A stretch of DNA of 64,000 nucleotides, from NCBI GenBank assembly GCA_003971905.1, contig RSEE01000020.1, positions 496,001 through 560,000 of the forward strand. Direction: 5' to 3'. This document shows positions 39,195-51,853 of this stretch, one piece after another. How positions within the stretch are numbered: position 1 is the first letter of the stretch; every line of letters starts with the position of its first letter. The stretch comes from Moniliella sp. 'wahieum'. Lineage: Eukaryota. Made by a program: the position numbers and the translations under genes. Under the pieces are notes generated by a model. It searched no databases. It had not been told where the DNA came from and saw only the letters and a list, made by a program, of their open reading frames with translations.

Positions 39195-41529
39195 TCACCA
39201 AAAGACATCATTTATGTTTTTGATATAAAAAAGGTCAGAGGAGTAATTTGCCGTGGGTGAGACAATTCTGTCAGCGCGCTGCACGTCAGTGACGTCGCCG
39301 ATGTCACCACCCTGAACGTCAGATATGCCCTCGATGTCATCCCCCTGCAGGTCAGTTATGTCCTCGATGTCATCCCCTTGAACGTCAGATATGTCGCCGA
39401 CGTCACCCCCTTGAACGTCAGAAACGTCATTGACGTCATCCCCTTGAACGTCAGAAACGTCGCCGACGTCACCCCCTGGAACGTCAGAAACGTCACCCCC
39501 TGGAACGTCAGAAACGTCGAGTTGACGTGCCCTTGGGCGACGTATCTGACGAATCTGATCCTCCTATGCTCGCTCTCCCTGGGTTACTATTGGTATTACA
39601 TTTTATACTACTACTCATTCTAGCACCATCGAATGCAGTGCAATCGTCTTCGAGGGTACTTTTTTGCGTTGCGATGGGTCAATATGGACTTGGGGGCTTG
39701 CCATTGAGAGGTCTTTGGAATGTATAGCCGCCAAATTACTCTTCAGTCTCAGAGTCGTCTGTGCGGTCGTCGTCCTCGCCATCTGTGCCCTCTGCGTCAA
39801 AGAGGTTGACTGCAGTGCCTTCGATGTCCCCTGCATCCTCTTCGTCTGTTATTTGTGCCGGGCTACTGCGATGTGATGGAGGTGGGTGATTTCTGCACGG
39901 GTCGCATGCCAGGCAGTACAAATTTCAGGGTTACCTTGCGGAAGATGCGTGTCCGCAATGCCCTCGAAATTCTCCATGCACTTGTCCAGCCCAGTAGATA
40001 GCTTGCGGGGCGAGATGTGTGAAAAAAGTCAGATGCCCTGCTGGACGACAACGGGGTGGCGACGTACTTATGATTCGACAAAGAGACAGTGATGGCACTG
40101 AAAATGTCATCGCAGCGCCTGCCGCTGTTCAGATTCCGGTTGAGCAAGAGGGTGCACAGGGCAGATGGGTCAGGGAAGTTGTGATGTTGTGAGACACGAT
40201 CCATTTCCCTCCGGAAGTCAATATCGTTCGGTGCATAGCAACAGAAGCGCTTTTGATGAGAACGGGTGAGAGATAAGTTATTGTGGCCATATTGCGAGGA
40301 GAGCAACGAGTGAAAAGGCGGGGCCAGTACGTACCAGGATTCGGATGCGCTCCTTGGCGACAGTGAGCTCTTCCGGGGAGTGGCTGCGAAAGTAGACGGG
40401 AAACCTACGACGCACGAACTCAGCCTGAGTCTTCAATTGTGCATGTTCCGTTTCCTTGATCGGTACGGTGCATGCTCTCCGGCAACTGGACGATTGTTAT
40501 TTGTTAATAGATGGCTTCGGCGTTTGGGTTAACGCACCTCTTTCAAATAGCCTTTGTTGAGCGTTACCCGCCTCTGGATGAAGCGGTCTGTGTCCCTGTT
40601 CAACGCTGGTCTAGTCGGGTTGATCTCGAGAGCGGTGGCCTCTAGACCACCATCAGTAATGTGCTGTCTGGCGAACATACGACAGAAGTCGACCATTCGC
40701 TGGCCCTTCCAGGGTGCCTTGAACAGGAGGCAAACCCAGACGAGGTCGTTGATCAAGTATCGCCGTCAGACGCAAAAAGAACATATGTAAGTTAGGTCAG
40801 TGAGAGTGCTTTTTGTGCGCATGAGGGGGCGGTGATACTGTGGTATATGATATACTGGTGATACTGACCCGCTCAACCGCGTTGTGTTGCACGTCGGCCG
40901 CATTGTCCGGGTTGCGAACTCGGTCATTAAGGTCATTGATGTCCGTGTCGTGACGCATCACAGTGCGTCTCAAGTCTCCAAAGCGGTCCATCTCGTCGTG
41001 CTCGCGACGCAAGGCCAGATCGGAAATCAGATCCAACCTAGTTGATGTATCGTTCTTGTTGTTGGAGTAGGGCGGCGGGGAATTCACTCCTGGTGGCGCG
41101 GACTTCACTCCTGGTGTATGGCGTTGACGTCGTTCCTAAGTTCAGCACGCAGACTTTGAAGCGCTTGCAGCCAGGGTTCCCCATCATGTGGTCCATGGCA
41201 TCCCGCACGCCCTCAGGGGCAAGGGGGTGATCTTGTGGATCGCTTGCGTCATTTTGATCGACAGCTTCCGGACCATTTGCCTGCGCGTCTTCATCGTCGT
41301 CTGTTGCTGTCTCAGGGACCGTCAGAATGAAGGCGGGGCGGCGAGTCCGGTTGGGGGCAGGCTCGTCCATGTCCGGTTCGTCCATTTCGGCTGCCTGGCG
41401 ACCTCGCTTATTGTTCGCGGTACGGGTGTGGGCGGCACCGGCGATGTTGCTGCGTCCGCAAGAGGTGTTCACGTGAGCATTGCCTGGGTGGGCTGTTGCA
41501 TTTACTCTGTTTGAACCGCGGCGAGCCAT
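39195..41529 (-). CDS. Orphan multi-intron gene or pseudogene with acidic repeat C-terminus
   Basis: ATG at 41529 (MARRGSNRVNA). GT-AG introns with GTCAGT, GTATGT and GTGCGT donors near 40868, 40680 and 40537. Helical central exons and the acidic tract DEEDAGDIEG..DDSETEE. It ends in the 33-bp repeat frame. In-frame stops or frameshifts are present. Confidence 0.5.
39291..39519. repeat. 33-bp minisatellite (~5.5 full units plus two 24-bp units)
   Basis: Unit GAYGTCAYCCCCTTGAACGTCAGAWAYGTCGCC. The minus strand reads DVSDVQGGDVG-like 11-aa repeats. Confidence 0.93.
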
Positions 41530-41880
41530 GCTGGTGGGGTGTGCGAGGAAAGAGGCAGGACCAGGGGGGCTGGATGGTCTTTTTGTCAAGTGTGGGCTGC
41601 AGTGTGGGGGTAAAGGAGATTGCGCCACTCACATGCGGGGGGCTCCATACAATGCACTAGGAAAGTCCTTTTTGCCCGTGGCCGGATTTGGATAGCCAGG
41701 GTCCTAACTGAAGAACCACTGGGGCGCTGTGGCTGCAGGGAAAAAGCTGCGCCCACCATTCTCTGCACCAGGCAGTGTAAGGGTGGGCGCTGCCAGGGGG
41801 CCCGGGGGGGGTGGTTAAGTGGTACAATCCATGGGAGATCCTAAGGTGACTCGCGATAGTTACACGCCTGGGCTGATTGG

Positions 41881-42174
41881 TGTCAGGGTCTGAGCGGGGC
41901 TAGGGACAAGGAGAGGCCTCTGGGCGTATAGCAGAGGCGGGGCTGCAAGTGTGGCAAGGCTGTGCAGCATAGAGAAAGAACGGGGACTGGGCAAAACAAG
42001 GAGGGCGGTTGCCGCAGGGGCAACCTACGTAGCAAGGTATAATGCAAAAGGGTACCGGGAGACTATCGTTTCCAGATTGAATCTGACCCCATGACCAACC
42101 TGGGGATGGGGTTACTAGTAAGACGAAAGGCGCGCGTAGGCTCCGCCGGACTTTAATCTACGCCCGGCGTGACA
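41881..42174 (-). mobile_element. Short LTR-like element (TGTCA...TGACA, 294 bp) combining family A 5' and family B 3' sequence
   Basis: Reverse complement contains CCGGCGGAG.CTACG.GC..CCTTT.CG.CTT..TAACCCC.TCCC (A; 38431-38478), TAGGTTGCCC.TGCGGCA (B; ~38806) and CAGCCTTGCCACACTTGCAGCC (matches 51804-51825). Confidence 0.65.
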
Positions 42175-45100
42175 TATGTGTAACATGTGTTGACAAGTGT
42201 AGGCAACTGTCGCTGGATGATCGATGATCGGCGAATAAGGTTGCGTACTCAGTTGAGTGTTTGGCCAGATCGAAGCAATCAGGCCAACAGTGAAAGTCGA
42301 TTGGCACATTCTCATAACGCTCGCAGTGGGTAACCTGACATTGAATGTATCGGCACCGACGTACTGGTGCCCTCACTCCTCCAACTCCTGCTCCAGCTAT
42401 TTGGCTGGAAGCATGTCCAGCATTGTCAGGGATTATTGGATGTGCACCGGATGTGGTCGATGCCCGTACTCGGCTTTTCGACACAGGGACGCCCGACGTC
42501 ACCAAGATCACACCGGGCACACCGGGTCGCGTCCAATAACCAAGCTGCAACACCGGACACGAATGCAGCAGGCATCATTCGTGCACCATGCGCCCCGGCG
42601 CGCAAGTACGATCTTAGCTGGTTCTAACCGGCGAGCGCTGGCCACCATCTCTACCGGTCCACATCTGACATTAATATACCAGACGTGACCTCCCCTGAAT
42701 TGCACCTTCAGCCCTTCTCTGGATGGCCCCCTGGGTCTCCCACGCAAAATGGCGATGTGGAAGACGCTTTTGGATGGAGGACATGGCTGAAACGTGCATT
42801 GCTCACAGTCGGCTGGCCCGCCTACCGAACGCGAAGCGACAGCGGATCCTCAGTCCGGATCCAAGCCAGAGCGACGATCAACTCGGCGCGCACACAAGTC
42901 TGATGCCTCACAAGAAGACGCACTCCTTTGCAGTCTCCATCTCTGTATTTTGAGGATCTGTCGGAAACAATAATACGTCACCACGGCCCGATTGATAGCA
43001 ATATGTTCGCACCCTTACGAATCCGTTCATTGCCGTCATCAACATCACCCAGTTATGGTTACCAAAAGGTCTATGCGGCGAGAGCTCGCCGAACTGGTCC
43101 TGTCACTGATGAGATTAGCTATTGCTGCGTCGCCACCTTAGCCACCGTTCCACGCTGGAACCATTCCACGCTGGAGTGGGAAAATAATATCTTTTCACCG
43201 TTCCCACGTTGACTATGTGTGATGTCTCAGATGATCTCCACCCGCAAGATGGGGGGATGGATTAACGCGAATCCCACTTCACCATCCGGCTCGCGATGTG
43301 TTGCCAAGCGAGACGACTGTGCTCTAACTATACAAGCGCGTATGTTGGCACGGTCACCTTTATCTCTAGCCGGTCACCTTTATCGCGGGAGCTACTGGGC
43401 ATCGGTACTTCCCTGGGCCTCTGCTGGCGCGACGCGACGTGACTCTGCACATCGCCTTTATTATTTGCCAGACGGCCAGCTGATGAGCGGAGACTTCCAA
43501 TGACAATCTTCCGGGACATTGGGACAGATCGCACACGCAACACCGCGTTCATTAAGCAAAAGGTGGAGTTTTGCGTCAAGGAACAGTTGAAGGGCATGCC
43601 GGTCCGCAAAGTAAAACCTGTCGTTAGCCGTATTCATTGTCGAACTGGTGTCGTTCGCTATGGTCCGTTCGACGGGGTCAGGGTCATTCTGTGACCACCG
43701 ACAATTGATCTGGTCCAATGAGTATCCGGCCGAGTCAGAACACTGCGATGAAGGACGTATATACTACACGGACCAGTGGGGCCCAAACTCCGGTCTCATC
43801 CAACACCTTACTGTTGTCGGAACCAACGTGGAATGGGTCATACGGTTGGCTCACGAGCACACAGACCTGATGGAGCAAGAAGAAGAGATGGTGAAGAAAG
43901 TGTCAAGTCCGCGTATACGACAGCCTAACCTCTTCTTGGAGACAGTCTCGCTTGACGGATTTCGGTTTCAGACCCGTCTCTCAAACGCGCCTGTCCGACT
44001 ATGGATTTATCAGGACGAACGACTCTCGATGATCTCGTCGGTTTTGCTCGAGAACCCAACAGACTTTTCATGACTTTCGTTTGGGGGTCAAAGCAATGTG
44101 AAGGACCAACAAAAGCCTATCTTCAGCGGGGCTGCACCAGTCGTCCCTGCCTGCCCTGTACTCAAGCAGAACTAGCCGCAGATGGACGCCTCATGAGCCA
44201 AACCCCTATCAGTGGGCACAATGTTGTCCTGCAGGCCTTTTGGTCCAATGAAATGAGCTTCCATTTACCTGACGACTAGACCTTGGCCACACCAATTGCC
44301 GATGTTCCCCTGGCTAATCTGAAGACGCATGTTCCCGTAGAACACACCCTTCCGTGCGACGCGAAATCGAATCCCTGCCGTTGGCCAGCTACCGTGAGCG
44401 CGTATAGGAAGGACGCGTGTTGACTAGGTGGTTCTGATAGTAGCATTTGCTAGGAGAAGACACGAAATGGTGTGGCCGGGTGCGATTTTGAAACGGTGCA
44501 AAGTTTCACATGTAGCCGGCAGTTGGCCCCCCGCGCTGCACATCATTGATATCAACGACCTCTTTCGCGCCGTCGCTGACTCATTTTCCTCAAACCATGC
44601 AAACACGTCGCCGATGTCAGCTCCCTGACATCGCTGATATCTTTTACCTCTTTTTGAAATCCGCTGTATGATGTAGGATATGTTGGTAGTTCGGCATCGC
44701 TTCGCACTTGGCGATCCCCCAACATGATGATGCTGTGGAAGCTGCCAAGTCATATGCTTTTCCAGGCTCCGTCTCGTGTTGAGACGAATATTCTACTGCT
44801 GCATATTAGAGTGCCCTCCCCACTCTCCTTCCAGATGGGAATCAAGACCAAGGGAGAGTGCGGCAGATTGTGCGTCGGCTGAGCATTTCATTCCAGAAGG
44901 CGATCGAGGCGAAGGGCCCGAGCAGGAAAAAGTTCCATTGTGTAACGTGGATCGACTTCAAATACAGCGTACAAGATGTGCAAGCGCAACGTGCCAAGAT
45001 CCTGGGCTTCTGCATTGGGGATATTATCACCTGACTGATGCTCGTGCCAGTCCAGAATGTGGATCAAACCTCTCGCTACCTCTGCCTGAAATCCCTCCCG

Positions 45101-48100
45101 TTGCCCCACCGGTTGTTCATTTTGCGGTTCGTGCTTGCAGCAACCCCCCTCCATCTGTTTCGCTCGAGACGGAGAAACGGATGTGGCACGGGCCAAACTC
45201 CGCTGGGTAGGTGAGCAGCAATGGCACCAGGCAAGTCATCCGGGGCGGCGATCGGAGCAATGTGATCGGTCAATGGTAGGACCAAGTTAGCATCCCGATC
45301 CCGTCTCTTCTTTGGGCAGATCACTCTCTCTCCTCTCTTTGGCTTAGCTCCACAGGCCAACGCAACAACTTGGGCAGCGAGGCGAACGTATGGGTGGGCC
45401 AGGTGATCGGCAGCCAACCAGAGGGATTCGAGCCCGCTCCTCGTCCTGGCACAAGGAAAAGACGGCGGTTTTGCTCGCCCGCCAGTACACGAAGCTGCTG
45501 CCTCCTGTGACTACATCGCTTCTGCTCCTGGCTGTAAGAAAAAGCAGAAGCGCTCGATCCCAGCTACAGGTCGGTGGTGCCCTCAAATCCAGCGTTCACA
45601 TTTCCTGGCCACGGGGTCATGACTGGGTTGCGGGACATTCCGGCCACAATAGTAGAACCCGAGCCATCAACAACCCGCCGCGAGTAGGGCGCTCCTACGC
45701 CACTGTCACCCGCACTAAGATCGCGATGGCAAACGCAGGTGCTCCAAAGAGCCCATCCATATCCAACGGCCGGCCTAACCCCTTCGTCCTTCAGAGACAA
45801 GACGCGCGACGCCTATTCTACGTCGTATTTGCCATCCGCTTTCCGCCGTCCCTCAGGCACACGCGTTGTGTAAGGAGATGAACACCTTGTTCGACATGGA
45901 GGCCAAAGGAAAGCGCCAACATACAATCCTTATGCAACGGGTGCCTACTAGCTCTGTTCTCTTGGTCTTCCCTGCGGGTGACTACGCCTGTGGTTACACT
46001 TGCGCTGTGCGAGCTAAGGTATAAGGATAACCCCATCCAAACGAACCACCCTGGTAAGGCATGGATCAAGGGACTTTTCCTTGAATTCCCTCCGGATCAT
46101 GTTGCAAACCCACAGCCTAGGAGCCGGACTAGGCATTCGTGGTCCTTGGGCTGCCCAAGAATGCAAGACGAGCAAGACGTGTATTCGCAGAACGTTCTGG
46201 ATTGCGTGCGTTAATTTGGTCGATGTCCCAGGCACTTTTGTTGTACTACCATGGCAGTGAGTCCAGTCAAATTGGTGTGGTGGCCTCGTTTTGCTCTGTC
46301 ATTTGGGGTAAGGAGGTGGCTCGAGCCATCAACTTCGCCATCAGGACGCCTGTAAGAACGTGTCGGTACCCGAAAATGATGAGTCCATTCCAGACCCCCA
46401 TTCCCGTCACGCCGCCGATTGCCAAAGCTGGGCCGAAAGTAGCCAGCCAGTGTGGTGGTCCGGGCGCGCCCCTAGACCTGGTGGGCTGGATGAAGCCTTG
46501 TGTCTGTCGTGCTTGCTTGAGGGGCATGTTTGTGTGATGGTCGGCTCTGACTTGCGTCGCCCCCCCCGGTGCGCCGAATCTAATCGCTCAATGTTTGGTA
46601 GGAAATATGAAACCGGGCCTATGTTGGGGGGGGGGGGGTGGGGGGGTGGGTTGGGGCACGCACGTCACTGTGTCATCGAAGGGGTTTCACACTTTGGAAT
46701 CCACAGCTCGACGCAGAAAGAACGCGGGGTAGACACGTGTACTCGGTAAGACCTCGTTATGACAATGGATAGGAAATCTTGATGGTTGCTTCGTTCAGAT
46801 GATCACCATCTTGGGCTCACGTCTAGTTTCCGCCATATTTTTCCTGACCCAGGAACCCGCAAGCCAGCGACATGGTTTACAACAATGATGTTGTGAACAC
46901 GGTGCTTCAATTGTTCTGGAAGTTCTAGTCGCATGGTGCGAGAATTGCGATTAGATTCGCTTTAAAGTCATATATGCCCATGACTGAAAGTCGACCATTC
47001 ACAACCGAAAATGAACGTGTTGCTGCTGTCGTGCTCCTGGTTCAATGTTCCCATGGACCCAGAACTTAATCCGGCCCTCAAATTCCAGTCCAACTTCGCC
47101 ATATTAGCATGATGAATCACACCAAGCTATACTTTGAACTGATTCGTTGTTGCTTTCCTCTCCTATAAATTTAACCCTGTCTCATTGAATACTGGGACAA
47201 TACAGTGATTTGCATCACGGGTGCTCATAGCTGGGCGCGAATACGATGGAAAGGGCTCGAAATATTGAGTCGCCCAGAAAGAACAAGAGGGTAGATAAAA
47301 GAAGAACTGATGGCCCACGTCATTCGATGCTACTTGAATACAACCAAATACCGATATGTATAACGGAATGAACCATTTGAGTGAAAGACAAAAGAAGATA
47401 CAGAGGTTTTGATAATGTGTATATCCTGCAAGAGAAACAAAAATGGTTGAACTCAAACGTGCTCATATCACTGAGAGTCAGTATCAGCAGGAGAGTAGCA
47501 AACAGCAAACACTTGCCACCACATCCTTATAGTGTAGTCACGTCACATATACAGAGTAAGGATGGGACCAAAAAACACCCTGCGCGCTAAACTGACCGAG
47601 ACTACTTGACTGGACCACTCCCCCGAGCTGTAGGAAAACAGGCCGATTGTCCGCAGGTCCGAACCCTCTGAAAACTGCCATCCATCTCTAAACTGAAGGT
47701 ACCACGTGGGAAACCGGAAGAGTAGGGAGGCACTCAATGGTGAAGAATCTCGATTGAGTTGCTTCCTTCTTTAAGTACCCAAACATAATTATGATTGTGT
47801 TGTTGGAATGGCATCCTCGCGTCGTCATAACCAAAGGGAAGAAGAGAACTTTTTCGGCCTGATACATTGGCAATCATGTCCGACTCAGCCTGTTCAACCA
47901 ATCCAAGTAGCCTCTGGGTGCTAAATAGCAAAACGGGGCAGGACGATATCTTTCAATTTGTTATATAGCACGTTAGGATATGGGGGCAATGGGATAGGGT
48001 ACGCAAGTCAGGCAGTTGACTTAACACTTCAAAATCACTTGATGCTGAAAATGTAGAGCGAAGTGAATTAATGAGATGAGCAAGGCAATGGAGAAGGATT

Positions 48101-48657
48101 GGAGGAAGGGCAAACTAGGTGTATGGTAGAGGCATCGAAACGAGTAAGTGAGAGCAGTTAGGATGAAGGGTGTTTCGCTAATAACTCAAGAGGCTTCTCA
48201 GGTCAAATGTTGCAAAGCCTACATTAAGCAGGTCTATGCATAATGGCCCCGTCAAGTAAAAGAGTGACGCGAGGCAATTGCATTAGCTTGTACAATGCGT
48301 GTATGCAGAGGATGCGACAGGTAATGCTCTGCGGAAACTGATGCTATTTCTGTTGCTACCGGTACAGTGGTCGCAATATTTGGGCTCTATCAAGCAACCT
48401 ATGCCATCTACATTAGCCGGTGAAGTGGCATGTACGAAGAATACATGGGAGCGTTTGTCTTTCTACAAAAGTGTCTGCAGAACCCAAAGTGCCACTGGGC
48501 GCATGCAACAAGCGTAGCAGACGATCAATCGCGGAGCATAGGGTTCCCTCCGTTTGGCCCTTTACGCAAGGTTAGAGGAGAAAACAATGAAAATCATTGC
48601 AAGCTTGAGCATTGTCGGGTCAAGAAATTAGCTGCATGCAGTGCGCGTGATGTATCC

Positions 48658-48680
48658 GGGGGGGGGGGGGGGGGGGGGGG
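48658..48680. repeat. G23 homopolymer
   Basis: Directly visible. The length is unreliable in long-read data. Confidence 0.9.
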
Positions 48681-50674
48681 TGGCCACGATGGGCTAAGAC
48701 ACCGTCGATAAGGAAGGCAAGCAGAGACATGGGTGAGTGAGCCTCGGCAGAATAATGCGAACTGGTGGGCGAACAGATAAGCGGCACATAATCTAAGAAG
48801 AGAATACATTACATCCCCGATCGAATCCGCACTGAAACCCACGGTTGTTAGCAATGCAGTTTCTTCCAATCCCAAAGGCGCACACTCCAATCGCCTCGGG
48901 GGGAGGATCGTCATGGTCCCATGCTCGCCGGTGATAATTTTTCCACACATATCCCTCACCCAATGGCAAATGCCCCTGGCCAGTTCGCCTTTTTCTAGCT
49001 GGAACTGACGACTTTTGTACTGAAAGCTCCACAGTTTCGATTCAGCAAAGCCAAAAACCTGAGCAGCTGATGGTATTCTAGAGCTGAGAGGGAAAAGCGG
49101 AACCAGCGAAAAGGCAGACAACATAGAGAGAAGGCCTTAGTTGTCTGTACCTTAATGATGGGTTTACGATGGTGATGACGCCAATTAATTGACGCACTTA
49201 GGATCATATGAAGGCGCCAATGAAGGCACAAATCATTGCTTACAGGCAGGGACTGAAAACATTGGAATAGAGGAGAATGGGGGGATCGATAAGTTACTGG
49301 GGCGGAATCGCCACTCGGGAGACTGTTACCGGGCGGGTAACACGGAATCAAACGAATTTGTAGGGGTTCATGCCGAGTGAGGGCGAAAAATGAATAACAA
49401 CATCATAGTCTAAATGGGAAAGGTTGACTATCGTCACCTTGAAGAATGGTTTCACTGCTTCAACGTCGTAATTGTTTGGGCTTTGGCACCAGCTCTGTTT
49501 AGAATGGGCAGGGTTTAGATCAGACTGAATCCGCAAAGGCTCCCTGTGTACAATGCATGTCGTCACACATGAGTGAAAAGCTTCTTCATCTCTACTCCTT
49601 CGGGGGCGTCGCCTGCTGGTCCGCCGACCAACTTGAAAGCAATAGGCCCACTCCCAGCATAGTAAATGGGGGCAAGATATCTCTTTGGCCGTCTAGGGGC
49701 AGAACTTGATCGTGGTGAGAGAGGCAAGAAAACAGAGCGTTACACTCAATCAGGTTCCCCGGCCCACCTTCGTCCGAGCAATCACGCTCCTCTTCGCAAA
49801 GCATACATCCTCGTCAATCATGCCAAAATTCCCGCCATACCAACCGGAGTGTACAGCTTATCCATGGGCGTACATTTTCCCACTCCATGTTAAAGTCCTC
49901 GAAACATTGCCATTTCCTATACTTCCGTCGTTCATCACACGTTACCAGCGTCATGCAGATCACTGGCTACACCAGCAAAATCCTGAGCAGATATGGGATG
50001 CTTAGCAATGAACCTCTGCTTCCTTCGGTTGCATTAGGAGGGATTGCAAGTCAAACTCCTTCTTAGGCGCTATTAGGAAACGGAAACAAATTAGGAGGCT
50101 CTCTGTTGGCTCGCCAACTAATGCAAATGCTAACTCGGGCTCTGCTGGATCGCCGGCCAACGTACCCAGCGTATGCCGCGCGGGTCTGGGGGATTGGATG
50201 AGGGTATCGATACACATTCAGGCTCGCCCAGCATCGGTCAGTAGTAAGATTTGGATCATAGGAGGAATGGCAGATGATGTGAGAGCAAAGGAGGTAGACC
50301 ACATTTAGGGACTCGTGACGAAGGAAGTCAGGGCTGCATTCCAGAGGTGATAAACAAATGAATAGCTACAAGTTGTCGGTTTATGCTATTCTAGGAGAAG
50401 GAGTGCCATCGGCTACTGAATGACGACAAAGAACGACAAATGCCAGAGAGCACTTAGCAGGAAGACATTTTTCCTCTACGGTCATAACAATGAGTGGGTC
50501 CAGTTACTATGATTGTCAAGAGGATATATTCAAGCGCAGGCATCAGAAACTTCAAGGAGAGGATTTTGGGTAGGATTTCTTTGCTTTCATGCCTAGCATG
50601 CTCATTTCTAAAACCTCATTGTGCCACATCCACTTTAGAAACAAATGGCGGGTGCCATCAGAGTGCCCTGGCCT

Positions 50675-51319
50675 TGTCACGGGCAAAGGCGGGCTTACCG
50701 CGCGCCGTTCACTTGTTACGAGCTACTGAGAACCCGAGATGGTCCGATCCAAGCTAAGGCCCGCCTGCTCCGCACATGCCCAGTAGAGCGTGCTCCGCAG
50801 GCCGATGATGCTCACTGAGCCGAGAATCCATGTGTTCCGCGGTGTTCTGTACCCCTCCGTGGTATTCCGTAGCTTGGATTCCGTGGCATACCGTGTTCAT
50901 ACCTGGCCAATACCGTGCCCATACCGTGTTCATACCGTGCTCGTACCGTGCTCATACCGTGCTCGTACCGTGCTCGTTCCGTACCTATACCGTGTCCATA
51001 CGGTGCTCGTTCCGTACCTATACCGTGTCCATACCGTGCCTACACCGTGCCATGGCCACGGAATGACACAGATTCACCACAACATACCACGACATACCAC
51101 GACATACCACGACATACCACGACATACCACAGAATACCACGGAGGGGCACGGAATACCGCGGAATACCTGGATTCTCGGCTCAGTGAGGATGATGGTTCT
51201 CTAAATTGTAGGTACCGTGGTCCGAAGGGCCGTGCATCCGCGCAACAACAGTCGCCCCCGCCCAAGTCCAAGTCTGGTGGCCTAAACAAGGCCGCCGAGC
51301 TTCCAGTGCCGTTGTGACG
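50675..51319 (+). mobile_element. LTR-like element, family A, interrupted by a MITE
   Basis: Starts TGTCACGGGC and ends CGTTGTGACG. Homologous to 38403-38708 once 50811-51195 is removed. Confidence 0.65.
50811..51188. mobile_element. 378-bp non-autonomous DNA transposon (MITE) with 60-bp TIRs and 7-bp TSD GATGATG
   Basis: TIR CTCACTGAGCCGAGAATCCA.. (first 20 bp perfect, 54/60 identical). TSD at 50804-50810 and 51189-51195. Internal ATACCGTG/ATACCACG subterminal arrays. Confidence 0.92.
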
Positions 51320-51321
51320 TC

Positions 51322-51853
51322 TGTCGCCCCGTCCCCGTTTCCTTTTCCTTTCTCGGTCGCGCCTGCGGGGACCAACCCCGCTTTTGAGTGTCTTCCTTTC
51401 TGCAGCCCCTCATCTTGCATCCGTTTCCCTTTTGATCTTGCCCGTGTGCGCATGTGAAATGGTTGATGGGGATCCTTTCCCCCACCTTCCATTATCGTCA
51501 TCCTCTTCATCCTCTCGTCAACCCTCTCGTCTTTCCCGTCTATCCTGTCCGGCTCCTGCCCGTTTTCCACAGCCAATTGATTCAGTACAGGTAGTCTCCT
51601 CCTTGTTAGCTCGCGACTCCTCCTCCGACCTCTCGTCTTCCAGAATCCGTCAGTCCACAGTCGCGCGAGCCCTCATTTGGCCGCGTCGATTTCCAGTCTC
51701 TATCCAGTGTCAGTTGAGACAGTGTTTGTCCACCTCTGCCCCTCCCGTCCCTAAGTCCCGCAGGCTTCAGTCACGTTACTACGGCCCAAGTCGGTGCAGA
51801 CGCAGCCTTGCCACACTTGCAGCCGCCTCTATTCTTCATCCATATCATTGACA
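51322..51853 (+). mobile_element. Degenerate LTR-like repeat, family B (TGTCG...TGACA)
   Basis: Blocks GCCAATTGAT..CAGTACAGG, AGTCGCG.G.GCC, GTCCCTAAG and CAGCCTTGCCACACTTGCAGCC are shared with the other B copies. Confidence 0.6.

Noticed and set aside
39291..39519. Repeat array resembling a CRISPR
   Set aside because: Units are contiguous with no unique spacers, there are no cas genes, and the context is eukaryotic.
42250..50600. Broken ORFs that could be decayed genes or RT fragments
   Set aside because: No diagnostic motifs (YxDD, DDE, HHCC, kinase) could be read, so the region is left unannotated within the island.
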